A stretch of 64,000 nt of DNA from Geosiphon pyriformis uo1. Lineage: Eukaryota > Fungi > Glomeromycota. Numbering within the stretch: the first letter of the stretch is position 1; every line of letters starts with the position of its first letter. This document shows, piece by piece, positions 50,626-64,000 of this stretch. The notes beneath the pieces are model-generated. The model searched no databases and had not been told where the DNA came from. It worked only from the letters and a program-made list of their open reading frames with translations. The position numbers and the translations under genes were made by a program. Location of the stretch: NCBI GenBank assembly GCA_016748015.1, contig JAAOMT010000436.1, forward strand, positions 114,703 through 178,702. The letters are read 5' to 3'.

Positions 50626-53600
50626 GTGACCTGGTTTGGAAATTCACTATGTGTAATGTATGGGGTCTCAATGTTTCTGCTAAACAAGTGGATGTTCTCT
50701 GTTGGCACATGGATTCTGGCTCTACAATTTCTTTTTTAACTGAAACAAAATTAAGATTATCTGTTGGTCTGTGGATCAAGGATAAATATAGAGAGGTCTG
50801 TATCTTCACTTTTAAGTTGGATATTAGTTTTCTCAGTGCTGGTGTTGCCATTATTATGAATGATTCTTTGGCTCGTCATGTCTCTAAGGTTGAGGAAGTT
50901 CCTGGCCATGTTGTCACTGTGCAGCTTTTGTTTAAGAATAAATTTTTGGTTTCTGTTATTAGATTGTATGCTGGTGTTTCCACTGGTGTTCATTTTGGTC
51001 AGACTTCTGAGGTAAATTCTCTTATTGCTAAGACTGTTAACTCCAGCACCTTTGTTGTTTTGGGTGGGGACTTCAACAAAAATGGGTCTAGAAGAAGTGC
51101 AAGCTTCAGATTCTGCTCGAGTTTAGGTTTGGTCAATTCGTTTTCTGATTATCCTTTAGTCGGAGCTACTACATGAGACAATTCTAAAGGGGTCAAAAAA
51201 ACTATTGATTTCATTTTTGTTAGTGAGAATTTGGCTTCAGCTGTGGCTGGCCATAAGATTGGCCTAGTTTTGGACTTTTTTAACACAGATTACAGTACTG
51301 TTATGGTCTTTGTTAAATTGGGCGGACTCTTGAATGTCAGTTTGAATAGCTTGCACAAGCAGGCTAACAGAAATCACTGGAAGTTTAATATCAAGAACGT
51401 GGATGTTACTAGATGGTCTCATTTCAGGGACTGCTTCTCTGTCATGGTTTTGGGTATGAAGGATAATTTTCTTGCCACTGCTGCTGAGCAAAATCTGGAT
51501 GCTATGTGGTTTTTGCTGGAAAAAATATTAGTGGATTCTGCAGATGAAATCTTTTTTTGGCATTGGTTCAGTGAATTTTAATGTTTGAAAAATAGACTTT
51601 CCTCTAGGTTTTTGGGCTTGGAGTTGCTGATCGTCAAAATTGTCAAAAAGTTTGGCTTGGCTGATGTCTTTGGTTTTAATTATCTTGTGAAGAAATGGTC
51701 TATATTGGATGCTGACAAAGCTCTAGTGTTGATGGATATGGTTCAATTGGGTCAGGGGAAGGTTGCCATTCTTAAGTTCTTGTCAGTCATCAAAAAAAAG
51801 TACAGAAAGTCCAAATTGTATGAATCAATTTTGGCACAGGAGACTTATATCAGGGAAGCTATTGAAAGATGCATGGAGAAGTTTTGTTCTGACAAGGGTA
51901 GCATGATCAGGAGTGTCTTGAATCAGCCCTTTCAAAAAGTTGTGTTAGATCATTTAGTCGTTAACGATAAGCTTGTTTTGGAGCCTGAAAAGGTCAAATT
52001 GAAGGTTGACAGTATTATGGAGGATTGGACAAGGAGGTGGATGGTGCCTTCAGTGCTGCCTGATATCTGGGCTCATCAGTATGCCCCTTTGGCTCATGTT
52101 AAGGATAATGCTTTTTCTGGTGTTATGAGTGCTATCACTTTGGATGAATTGCTTTTGGTTGTTGGTGGTTTGCCTGATGGCAAGACTGCTGGTTTGTCTG
52201 ACATTCCTAATGAACTTTGGAAGTGGGGTGGTGAGGAAGTAATGGAGTGTTTCTTGGTTTTGTTGAATATGTGTTTGTCTGTTGGTTCAGTACCTGCTTT
52301 ATGGAAGAGAGCCTGGATCTCAATAATTCCAAAGCCTTATAATTGGGATGGAATCCTAACAAACACTTGCCCCATCGCATTGATAGAAATGGCCAGAAAG
52401 ATTCTCTCCAAGATTCTCTCAGATAGGATTTCTTTTGTATGCAGTAGGTTTGGCATTTTCTATGGTAACAACTTCTCAGTGTTAAAGGGTACATCAACAC
52501 AATCTCTTGTGTTTGCTATTGGATCGGTGGTTAAGGATGCTCTTGAGAAAAATAGAGAACTTTGGTTAGTTTTACAGGATATGTGCAAGGCATATAATTC
52601 TGTTGATTGGCACCACCTAAGAGCTAGTCTGCGGCATATCAAAATGTGTGGCAGGTTTATTGACTTTTTTGATAGCATTCATGAAGACAGAGTTAATAGG
52701 GTTATGACTGATTTTGGTCTTTCGAATGGTTATAAGGTGCATAATGGCCTTGATCAGAGTGAAGTCTTCTCACCTCTCCTTTGGAGAATCTTTTATGACC
52801 CGCTTTTGTGTGAAGTTAAAAGGCATGAACATTTGTGTAGTTATCGTATTGATACTAAGTTTGTGGCAAAGACTGACAGAATTGAGAATAGTGGTAGGAT
52901 GACTTCATTCTTTGCTGCTGGCGCTTTTGTGGATGATACAATTTGAGTTGAAGATTGTTAAGCTTCCATGCAATATGCTTTAAATATTGCTAGTGAGTTC
53001 TTTTGTATCAATAATATTTCCATAAACAATGAGAAAACAGTGACTATACCTATTAATCAAGGTGTCAAGGTTGCTGCATTGAATATAAGTGGTTGGCCGA
53101 TTTCTGTTGTCAGAAAGGACAAAGCTCACAGATATTTGGGGATTTTTTTGTCAACTGAAGAGTTGTCTAAACTGAGTTTGGCTAAGGCTTACTCAGACAT
53201 TCATTTTTTTGTTAATAGGGTGCTCAGGAAGGCAATCACAGATAAGCAGTTTTCATATTTGGTGTTAGCTATTCTACAGCCCATTGTTAGTTATTGTACT
53301 CAGTTTAGTTTTGTTTCATCCAGTGTTTACTGCAGGTGAAATGTTTTAGTTAAGAAGGGCTTCAGATCTAAGGCACATCTACCTCATGATTTTCCTGATG
53401 CTGTTCTGCATCATTCTTTTCTTTATGGTCTAAAATCCTTTAAGCAGATGCAGTCTAAAGAGAAGATGGCTTCTTTGGTCTCATTTGCTAATACATCTGG
53501 TATTCTTGGCCACTTGTTTGAGCATAGATTTTTGGATTTACAGGTTCTAGGTTGGGCCTCTTTGAATCTGTTTCAGTACCCTGTCAAGTTGTGTGTTAGT

Positions 53601-55313
53601 CTGTTAAACAATTTTTTAGCAGGTGTGATGAAGCTTTTTATGAATATTGATCTTTTTTTGGTGAACAACCTCCCCAATGCTTTCCATCATCCTGGTCATT
53701 TCCTGATGTTTTCAATTCTTGGGAAGTCTTTGTACTTTGATTCTGTTCATTCTCTTAAGCGTTTTGGTGTTGCTTTTGGTGATCGGCTTTTCAATAAAAA
53801 AGGGTTGTTGTTGGATTGGAAGATGTTTCGTCATTGGAAGCGTTTAGATTCACAGGGCCCTGTGCCTCTTTGGTTCATGGTTGCTTCTAAGTACTTTTTG
53901 GATCAGGGTCTTTTTTCTTCTCGCCCATCTGTTGCTGTCCAATCTGGAGATTTGACTATTTTGGAGTCTGATGTGTTTTCTTCCGTGCAGGATGGTTTAC
54001 ATGAGATTTGGTTTGGCTGTTTTGAGGTGTATACAGATGGGTCTTTGAAGGGGGCTGGGTCTGCTGATGTGTTAAGTGGTACGGCTGCATATTTTCCAGC
54101 TCTGGAATTGGGTGTTGGAGTCAAAGTTTGTGGCCTTTTGTTCTCTACTATGGTGGAGTTGCAGGCCGTTGCTCTGGTTTTGAAATGTGTTCCATTATCT
54201 AGTTCTGTGGTATTGTATCTTGACAGCCAAGCTGCTATTGATGCGTGCATTTCTGAAATATTACTTGAGATTCCAGATTTCCGCAGTTGCTGCTGGGTCG
54301 AAAGGAGGCATATTTTTAACTTAATTAGGGATAAGGATCTTGAAGTGAGTTGGGTCAAAATCAAAGGTCATGCTGAAGTTCTTGGCAATGTGGAAGCTGA
54401 TAAATTTGCTGGTGAGGCTGTCTGCTCCTCTTTTGTTTTGCCAATGAGAGTACGGGAGCATTTTTTGGTGGCTGATGACATGGTGGTATCGGACAATGCC
54501 CATCACTTTGTTAAAGATGTGTTTAAGTCTGTTTGTCGTGCTCGTTGGGAGGCTGGTCCTGGTCGGGATGTGGTTTCAGCTAACATGTTGGGGGAATTTG
54601 ATTGGGCTGCTTCTGCAAAAGTCTGGCATCCTGACTTATACATGCTTGCTGGGTTTACTAGCTGCAAGTTGGTGGATCTTCATACATATTTGATGAAAGT
54701 GTTACATAAAAGATTGCTGGTAGCAGTCAGAAAAAGACTGTATAACAGATGTTATTCAAGTGTTCAGTGTTTGTTGTGTGGTGAAGTGGAGCTGCCAGAC
54801 CATGTTTTCACTTGTTCACAGGATATTCATATCCGGGAGGAGATTTTGCTAGAGGCTTCTACGTGATGGGTTTCTTTGGTTGGCATTCGTGATCTGTTCT
54901 CTTCTTCAGTTCTTCGGGTCCTTGATTCTTGTCATTCGGACATTAACAGATATTCAGTCTTATGTAAGGATTTTGTGATGAAGGTTTGATGTGCTGAGAC
55001 GGCAAGTGTTTTCGACAATGTTAAAAAGACTTCCCATATTGTGGTTGACTTTGTGAGGTTTTTGGCTGAGTTGCATCGATCTAGGGTCTGGTTGATTAGG
55101 TCTAGGTTCAGGGCAAACATGGAAAAGGCTGGTTTGGTCAGTAACAATGGTTTGGTGTCGGGTCTGTTCCATTGTGTGTCTTCTGTGCTTTCTGATGGTG
55201 TGGTAAGGATGCTTGACATTGCTGAGTCTTTTGCTGTCAGTTTTGGCCGTCTTAGGCCTAGCCTTTTTTTTTTGGGTCTGGATGGTAGACTTCGTGTTAA
55301 TATTAATGTGTAG
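50622..55313 (+). pseudogene. LINE E ORF2 (APE endonuclease, RT, RNase H, zinc finger)
   Basis: CNVWG, LTETK, LGGDFN, IDFIF; PIALIE, QDMCKAYNSV, GLDQSEVFSPLL, AFVDDT, YLGI; VYTDGS, KGH..GNVEAD; CLLC..H..C. Several in-frame stops. Confidence 0.9.
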
Positions 55314-55445
55314 TGTTGCCTTGATTGGCTTGAGTGGCTAGTTACATGTTGTTGATGCGTGAATCACATTTAGTTTGGGCCACTTAGTTTGGTTCTATGT
55401 ATTAGATAGCAGTTGGGCTTCACTCATTAAATACTTAATAATAAT

Positions 55446-57545
55446 TAATATAATTTTAAATTTGGACAGTTAAACAGTTATTGATACATGTGTTTTAAAA
55501 CTTAGTTTATTTGACCTAAATTTTCACAACCAATATTGAATAGAATAGTATTTGGTTAACAATCTGATAAAGAACAAAGATTTGACAATTGTTTGGTCAA
55601 AAATTAAAGAATATTCTGGTATTTTTAACAATGATTGTGTTGATAAGTTGGCTAATACAGCTATATATTTTTCTATGTCCCTTCTAATTAATATTTTTGA
55701 ATGTTATTTAATGACAAATAGTTTGGCAGTTTCTGATAATACTTATTATTTTATTTAGAACATTTATAGGACAGTTAATAATATGTATTAGAAAGTAAAT
55801 TCTAATGCCAAAATTATTGATAAATTATTTGTTTGTATTGTTGATTGAATTCAGATAGTTGAGATTTGACATCTTAATTCATATATGCTGTTACAAGTGA
55901 TTATTTGGAGTGTTAATACAAATAACAAACTTATAACTTGGTGCTTAATAACTAATCTAAATAGTAATATCTAAAGGTTTTTATGGTTTAAAGGTTTTGG
56001 TTTGAGTCTTTTATATAATAGACAAAAATTCAAGAGCTGTTTAGTAGCCTTTCAAAATCATAATTTTGTCTAATTTCTGTTTTCAGCATGATGGCCAGTT
56101 TATTTTGGCAGTCATGTTCTTCTGGTAAGCTATCTGTAAATTCTTTAAATTTTATACCTTTCCTTTGGGGTCTTTTACCAGGCTATTTTTGACATTAATT
56201 AATTAATGCTTAATCCTTCAAATTAAATAATAAACAATAAACAACAAAAAAATAAATGAAAATAAAGAAATAAGCCAAGGCAAAAAAAAATTAGTATTCT
56301 ATTAATAGTCATGATCAAGAGTTATTGGTTTAGTGTAATTAAGTATTGGCAATTATTAACATGAATTATTAATAATAAAAAGATAAATTGTAATATTTGA
56401 GAAGTTTTTTATTGATATTTGATATCTCTGAAATTGAAGATTCTAAACTAAGAATTCTCTTTTCTTTAATTTTAATACTATTATTATATATACATAAATT
56501 TTATTGTATAAAATTTCTTGAATTTCTCAATTCTCTAGCCAGAAATCCTGGAATTTCTGGAATCATATAATTTTTCAAAAAGAATCCTGGAATTCTAGAA
56601 TCCTGCAATTTCTTACATGAGAATTTTATAATTCTGGAATCTTGCAATTCCTCTAAGAGAAATTCTGGAATTCCACTTTTTATTATATTTATTTTGATTG
56701 GCTAATTTATATACTAATATATAATTCCTATATTTTATGAGTAATAATGCTTACTAATATGACTGATGTGTTTATTGCCAACTTAAAAACTTATATAATA
56801 AAAGCTGTTTATAAGAGACTTTCTGTAGCTGTATACAAAAAACTGTATAACAGATCTTATTCAGGAGTTTTGTGTATGTTTTATAAGAAGGTAGAAATTT
56901 CGGACTATTTGTTTATATATTTAGACAATGTGGACCAGCAAAAGAATTTAATTCTTGATTATATTGAATTTTAGTTATTACTAATTGATAAAAAAACATC
57001 TATATCTTTTTTGATTATACAATTTCTGTTCTTATATATGTCTGATATTAGATTGTATATGATTCTTTGCAAAGAGTTTGTTTTTAAGAATTGGGTCAAA
57101 AATGTTTTAAAATTATATAATAATAAAAAGAAGGCTGTTTTTGTTTTGGTAAATTTTTTTCATCAACTAGTTAATTTTTATTGTCATAAAATATAGTGTA
57201 TTAGAACAAAGCACAAATTAGATTTAGAAAAAGCTAAGTTGGTAAGTAATAATGGTATGATTTTCATATTAACTGGTCAATTAGGTATGAATTTGTTAGA
57301 TAAAGTGATTTATATGCTTGGAGTAGTTAAGTTTGTTGTAATAAGTTTTAGAAAACATATGTTTTATGTTTTTTTTTTTGGTGTTGATAGTAATCTGGTG
57401 GTTTATATAGATATATAGTGTTGTCTAAATTGGCTTGAATAGCTAATTACATATAGTAAGTATATAAGTTGCATTTAGTTAGAATTACTTTGATTAATTT
57501 TATATACTAGATAATAACTAGACTATATTTATTAAATAAAATAAT
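55446..57545 (+). mobile_element. 5'-truncated decayed LINE copy G (RNase H to 3' UTR), interrupted by a solo LTR
   Basis: WSKIKEYSGIFNNDCVD (RNase H), KRLSVAVYKKLYNRSY, and 3' UTR at ~57415-57545. Confidence 0.8.
55889..56746. mobile_element. Solo LTR Y (858 bp) with ATGC target-site duplication
   Basis: Termini TGTTAC...GTAATA (GTAACA with C>T); atgc at 55885-55888 and 56747-56750. The LINE reading frame (HMLAGF-like) is split exactly here. Confidence 0.8.
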
Positions 57546-57829
57546 ATAAAAAAATTAACTAACAAAGTTAATTTAATCAATTTAAATTTTAAAAAAACCA
57601 ATTTAAAATTAATTACAAAATTAACAACAATAATAAAAAACTAATAAAATAGCAGTTTTAAAATAAGTTGTATTAATAATAATTTTAAAACTGATTATAA
57701 ATTTTAATAAAAGCTTTAAAAAAATTTTATAATTAAAAATATTAATAATTAAGCATTTTTTATCAAATATAATTTTTTTTAAAATATTAAAATTAAAAAA
57801 CTAAAAAATAAAACAAATATAATTACACA

Positions 57830-60800
57830 AAAAACTTCTTTTTCTTTTACTTCCTAAAATCCTCAAAAAGACGCATTTCTGAAAAAGAAGTTTTCTGTTT
57901 TTTCTTGTCAAATCTTTCAACATTTCTTTAAATAATCCTTTCGTCATGGATTTGAAGACTGCTTCGAGCAGTGATATGTCCAAAAAAAAGGTCCCCAAAG
58001 GTGCTTTCCATGGTCCTACTGGTGGTTTTTTTGCTCAGAAAAAAAAGGTGGTTCTTAGGAATGTTAAACACTCTGGTAATGAGAAGGATATCTCTTTGAG
58101 TAAATCTGGGCCTGGTAATAGTGTGTATTCTGATGTGGATAGTATATCTGGTGATGATGAGGATGTTGGCATGTCTGGTATAAATGAGAGATCTCCGTTG
58201 GGCTCGGCTGCCACTACTCCCAAAGCAAAACGTGTTAATACTGGTATATTGTTCGGCTCTCCACTTGGTTCTCCTAATTTTGCTATGGATGATGATGAAA
58301 TTGTGCTTCCTCCTTGCTTGCCTATCTCTCTGGAAAAAAAGTGGATTGATCCAAAAATTATTAAGACTCTTGTGAAAGTATCAATCAAAAAATTCTTTGC
58401 ATTGGATATTGATCTCTCAGCTGTAGAGAGTAATTCAGCAACAGTAAAGATCCGGCTAATTAGGAAAATTTTTTCTTCAGTCAATGGTTTTGGGGGGGCC
58501 ACTACCCCCTCAAAATTTGAAGGGATTATCAGATCTACCTTCACATCAGAGGAAAGCATGAAAAAGGCCATGTCATTAGCCAGGAAAAAAGAGATCATTG
58601 TAAACACTGATTTCATGAAATCAAGAGTACGTTCAGATTGAGCCGTGGTGATTAAAGAAATTCCCATGGATACCCCGAAGGAAATGATTGTTGCTGCAGT
58701 TGCCAAGTTTGGAGAAATCAAGTTGATCAAGATTCAGTTAATTGGCATGTGACAGAAAGCTGTGGTAGAGTTTGCCAAATCGAGTCAAGCAGATTAGTTA
58801 GTGTCAAGATAGTCATTCTTAATCAGGAAAGATTTAGTGCATGTGGCCAAAGCCGTGGGAGATTGTGATATCTGGGCCTCTAAAGATCATTTTAGGGTGC
58901 TTCTGTTTACATTGCCAGTGGGAACAATGGCACATGATCTTAGTAATCTTTTGAATAGGGCTGGTGACAAAACTTGCATCATTAATTAATCACTAGACAC
59001 TGGTAATAAAATTCGTTGTGCTGTGGTTGGCTTCAAATTTGAGAATAATCTGAATTCTGCTTTTCTCACTGAGTCTGTTTTTGGTGGTGTTCGACTCTCA
59101 TGGGCTAGATTTGATGTGATTTGGTGTGGGAAATGTGGGCGTCTTGGTCATTCAGCTCTTGAGTGTGATGCTTCGAATGTATTGTCTCTTGTGCCCTTAT
59201 CTTCATTTAAAAAGCCTGCCTCCAGTGTCAATCGCCTCCAGCTGGCCAAACTGTACACAAGGAAAAATGTTCCTATCTCTTGCCCTGCTGCTTTTGGTGA
59301 CAAGTCATGGGCCCAAGTGGTGTTTTTTGCTCCCTCTTCTGGTGGTTTCTCTTTTGGTTTTGGTTTTGATTCTAGTGCCTTCTCTCTTGGTGTCCCTGGT
59401 TTAAGTGGTGGTGGTCCTCTACTTCCAAATGACGATTATTCATTGAGTGCTCGTTTGGCATCTTTGAAACGTTTCTTGGGACTCCTACATGATCAGGTTT
59501 CTCGTATTGTGCGCAAACTTAGTGGCATGAATTTGGTGCCTTTGGTCCCCTCTCCTTCTTCTTCTGGTGTTTTGGCTGTCCCAGCGGCTGCCGATATTGA
59601 TATGATTTTGAATGCTACTCCGACTGTTCCTGTGGTGACATCTTCACTTCCTTCTGTTGGTTCAAATTTGGGTTCAAGTAGTTCAAAAGTTTTGACCTCT
59701 AAGGTGGGTTTTTTAGAATCCAAGCTGGTGGCTCTCGATGCCTCTGTTGGTACAATTCTAAGGAAGTTTGATCAGTTGTGTGCTAGCTCGGGGTCTCAGG
59801 TGTTCTCCTATTCCCAATGAGTGACCTGGTTTGGAAGGTGGCTACGTGTAATGTAAGAGAAATGAACAATTCTGCGAAACAGGACGATATCATTTGTTGA
59901 CATAAGGATATGAACAATTTAGTTTCTATTTTCACGGAATCAAAATTAAAGGGAAAGGTTCGCCCCTGGATTGTCAACAAATTTGATGATGTACGGATGT
60001 TTATCTCTGGTTTGGAATCTGGTTATCTAGGTGCAGGTGTGGTGATTGTCATGGATTCTTCGTTGGCGTAACATGTTTGTAAGATTTTGGAAATGCCTAG
60101 TCGGCTCCTGTCCATCAGGTTGCTTTTCAGGAATAAACTGTCTGTGTCAATTTTGGGACTGTACATTGGTGCCTCTTCGGTGGCTCAGTTTTCTCAAGCT
60201 GGTGACATCAACTCTCTTATTGCAAAGGCTGTTAATAAATCTTCTTTCATTATTCTTAGTGGTGATTTTAATGAAGACGGCTCTCGTAAGTGTGCAAGTT
60301 TTAGGAAATGCCTGGACATGGGTTTGGTTAATGCCCTGAGTGGGAACTCCTGTAGGAAATTGCCAACTTGGTCTAATTCTTGGGGCATTGCTAAGACAAT
60401 TGATTATGTGCTCATTTCTTCAAATCTAGTCAATACAGTGGTGAGTTGCAATGTGGTTAGTGTTGGGGAATACTTTGATACTGATCATCAGGCTGTCTCA
60501 GTGTGAGTGGGTTTAGGCGGTTTGCTAGATGTCCAGTTGAATTCTGTCCACAAGCAGGCAAATAAGGATTGCTGGAAGTACAATTGCAAAGGTGTGGATG
60601 ATATTAAATAGGCCAAATTTGAGAAAGATATTGCGACAAATGCTGCTATGTTTTATGATAATTTTTTTGCAGCCAGGATTCGCTTGGACTTAGATTCGAT
60701 GTGAGTTGCTCTTCGTAAAGTGATGTGTCTGTCTGCTGAGGCAGTTTTTAAGAGGAAGTGGTTTAAGGACTTTGATAAAATTTTTAGCAAGGAATCATCC

Positions 60801-63800
60801 AAGTTTCACAGGCTAGAGCTCTTGGTGTCTAAGTTAGTTAAAGCATCTTGTCTGGATTCTGCTGAGGAGTTTACATCCTTGCTCAACAGGTGGGAAGGTG
60901 TGGATTCAGTCAATGCCTCTATGGTGAGGTCTCTCTTCCTGTCAGGTTCCCACTTCGATGCTATTCGGTCAGTTTTGTCCAAAGTCAAAAAGTCTTATTG
61001 CTCCTTCAAGATGTCTGAAGCAGAGCGGGTTAGAGAATCTCAGATCAGGTCAGCAATAGATAAAAGAATGAAAAGTTTTGAATTGGACAAGAGTCATACT
61101 ATTAGGAGTGTGTTGGAACGTCCTTTTCGCAAGGTAACTTTGGATCATCTGGTTGTTGATGATGCGTTGGTGTTGAAGCCTGATTTGGTTAAGACCAAAG
61201 TAGATGCGGTCATAGAGGGTTGAACTAGGAAGCGCAGTGTATTTTCTGATGTTACTGGTGTCTGGAGTTGCCAATACCAGCCTTTGGAGTATGTTTTTGA
61301 TGATGCTTTTTCTGGTATAATGTGCCCGATTGATTTTGATGAGATGTCTAGTGTCATTTCAAGTCTGCCTGATAGAAAAGCAGCTGGTCTCTCTGGTATC
61401 TCGAATGAGTTGTGAAAACATTGCGACAAATCAGTTCTGGATATGCTTTTAGTGCTTTTGAATGTTTGCTTGGTGTGTGAATCTGTTCTTGGACCTTGAA
61501 AGGAGGCTTGGGTGTTGATGATCCCTAAATTATATGAGTGGGAGGGTGTTTTCACGAATACCCGTCCTATTGCTTTGATTGAGACGGCTTGCAAAGTCCT
61601 TTCTAAAGTGCTTTTGGACAGAATTTCTTTGGCTTGTAGTGTTTTTGATGTTCTGAGGGGGGATAATTTTTCTGTCTTAAAAGGTATGACAACGCAATCT
61701 CCTATTTTCGCTATTAGATCAGTCATAGAAGATGCTTTAGAAAAGAACCGAAAGCTGTGGCTGGTCTTACAGAACATGTGAAAGGCTTATGACTCTGTTG
61801 GTTGAGAACATCTGAGGAAAAGCTTGGTTAGAATAAAGATGTATGACAAATTCATTCGGTTTTTTGGTAGCATTTACAATGATTGGGTCAACAGAGTTAT
61901 AACGGATTTTGGGTTGACCAATGGATATCAGGTACATAATGGCTTGGACCAAGGGGAGGTGTTTTCTCCTCTTCTCTGGCGCATATTTTATGATCCTCTT
62001 TTGTGTGAAGTTAAGAGACAAGAAAGTGTATGTGGATACAGATTAGACTCTCGTTTTGTTGCCAACACTGGTCGTGCTGAATTTCGGGCTGGTTTGACTT
62101 CTTTTCTTGCAGTTGGTGCTTTCGTTGATGATACAATTTAGATTGGTAGCAGCCAGGCTGCCACCCAACATATTCTCAATGTTGCTAGTGATTTCTTTCA
62201 AGTCAATGACATCTCAATTAATAATGACAAGACAGTGGCCATTTCCATTAATTGCAAAGTTTCCAATTCTTATTTGTTGATCAGTGGTTTGCTTATTTTG
62301 ATAGCCAAAAGGGGAGAGTCTCATCGATATCTGGGTATCTTTCTGTCTATTGAAGGTTTGTCTAAGCCTAGCTTGGCTAAGGCACACTTGGATGTCCAGT
62401 TTTTCATCAACATTGTTCTAAGAAAAGCTATCTCTGATAAGCAGTTCTCATATTTGGTCTCAGCAGTTCTTCACCCCATTATTGCCTACAGGACTCAGTT
62501 TAGTTTTGTTTCTATTAGTGTGTGTGCAAAATGGGACACTATGATTTGTAAAGTTTTGAAGTCCAAATCTGGCCTGCCATTCGACTTTCCCAATGATGCT
62601 GTTTATCATCCTTCTTTGTACAGGTTGAAATCTTTTGAACAGGTCCAGGCAGAAAGCAAGTCAGCTGCTATTGTTTGCTTCACTAATTCTGTGGGTATCT
62701 TGGGCTGCTTGTTCGCACATAGGTCTCATGACTTACAAGTTCTCAGCTGGCGCCCTCGCCACTTCCTGCTTTTCCCTTTTCGTATTAGTGTCAGTCCTTT
62801 GAATAATTTTTTGGCTGGTGTTGTCTGAATTTTTTTGGGTTGCGACCTTTCTCTGGGTGGTCTCATGACCAAAGCTTTTCGTTTTCAAAAAGAAATTCCA
62901 ATGTCTATTGTTCTTGGCAAGCCAGCTTTTTATAAATGTGTCTCTTCACTTCGGCGATATGGAATTGCCTTCGTTGAGCAGTTTCGCAATCGAACTGGTT
63001 CTGCTTTCGAATGGAGGACTTTCAAACGGTGGAAGAGACTGGACCCTCGGGGCCCGGTTCCTGATTGGTTCAATGTTGCTGTTCACTTTTTGTCTGGTTT
63101 CAGGTCTTTTCCCGTTCGCTCCCTTTCACTACTGAATGTTGCCTCGTCTGACATCCTCAAGTCTTGTGAGTTTGATGTTGTCTGCAATCATTTGTTGGAG
63201 GTTGATTCTGATTGCCTTTCTTTGTTTACGGATGGTTCTCTGTGTGGGCTGGGTACTCTTGGTATGAAGGCTGGCGCCACTGCTTTTTTTGGGGACATTG
63301 ATTTGGGTTTAGATGTGGAAGTTTCTGGTTTGGTTTCTTCTACCATGGTGGAGTTACAGGCCATTGCTTTGGCTCTCAAGTGTGTTCCTCCTTCTCGTTC
63401 GGTCAATCTGTTTTCAAACAGCCAGGCTGCATTGGATGCTTGCAAGTCAGAGTTAATGTTGGGTCGTCCAGATTTCAGAAATCGGTGTTGGGTCAAACAC
63501 CGCCATATTTCTAATATCATTTGTCGCAAGAATTTGGATGTTAATTGGATTAAAGTTAGAGGTCACTCAGGGGTCTTGGGCAATGAGCATGCTGACACTT
63601 TGGCTAGGGCTGCTGTGTCTTTTGGTGTGCATCTTCTTTACAGGATTGATGAACATTTTCTCAGGGCTGGTGGTGCTATGGTTTCTGGTAATTCTAGACA
63701 TTTTGTTTGTGGTGTTTTCTGCTCTATTCACCATGCATATTGGGAGGTTGGTTCTGGTTCTCGGGTTTTGGTGAACAGCCTGCATGCTGATGTTGATTGG

Positions 63801-64000
63801 TCCAGATCATGTTCAGTGTGACATCCAGACTTTCATTTGGCCGCTGGTTTCACTAGTACTTGTACTGCTAGTTCTCGGACATATTTTATGAAGGCGTTGC
63901 ATTATTGTTTTTCTGTTGCTGTGCATAAGTGACTGTACAGTAAGGGGTACTCCAGTGTGATGTGTTTGTTCTGCGGTAATGTTGAGATTTCAGATCATGT
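57830..64000 (+). mobile_element. LINE-like copy F, 5' complete, running off the window end
   Basis: ORF1 57946-59820 (CGKCGRLGHSALEC); ORF2 from 59817 with APE, RT (AFVDDT), RNase H (LFTDGS) and start of the CLFC finger. Confidence 0.93.

Larger units (their letters stand above)
48663..55445 (+). mobile_element. LINE-like copy E, full length, best preserved
   Basis: ORF1 48799-50625 and ORF2 50622-55313, each in a single frame with scattered stops; conserved 3' UTR 55311-55440. Confidence 0.95.

Noticed and set aside
56490-56680. CRISPR-like repeat array
   Set aside because: Units are degenerate with no unique spacers, lie inside a solo LTR, and no cas genes are present.
58035-58730. Long antisense ORFs in LINE copies (also 28323-28709, 50286-50708, 61145-61777)
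   Set aside because: Shadow frames of biased-codon sense ORFs with no recognisable motifs and inconsistent boundaries between copies.
48799-64000. Many in-frame TGA codons at Trp positions, suggesting UGA=Trp recoding or a Mollicute endosymbiont origin
   Set aside because: TAG and TAA also replace Trp/Gln, stop positions differ between copies, and host genes (LAMTOR5-like, ALDH) end in TGA. Transition mutation explains the pattern.

Overview
Eukaryotic (fungal) genomic DNA, most likely Glomeromycotina/Mucoromycota. The repeat families resemble those I associate with Geosiphon-type genomes; this is an inference, not checked. The window has two compartments. (1) 0.8-16 kb is a compact, intron-rich gene island: a Rab32/38-type GTPase (-) head-to-head with a LAMTOR5-like gene (+), a Rua1/Meu26 C-terminal-domain gene, an ALDH8A1-type aminomuconate semialdehyde dehydrogenase, an LYR-motif protein and a PAP2/dolichyl-diphosphatase-like gene. 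Inside it, at about 10.4-12.2 kb (-), is a frameshifted bacterial-style IS607 element with a TnpA serine recombinase overlapping a TnpB/Fanzor2 RNA-guided nuclease gene. (2) 16-64 kb is a retroelement graveyard. It holds at least seven copies or fragments of an APE-RT-RNaseH non-LTR retrotransposon lineage at different stages of C>T/G>A decay, an ORF1-only (HAL1-like) element sharing their 3' UTR, a full-length dUTPase-bearing Ty3/Gypsy element, and three solo LTRs, with resolvable nesting. All exon boundaries and alignments were read by eye.
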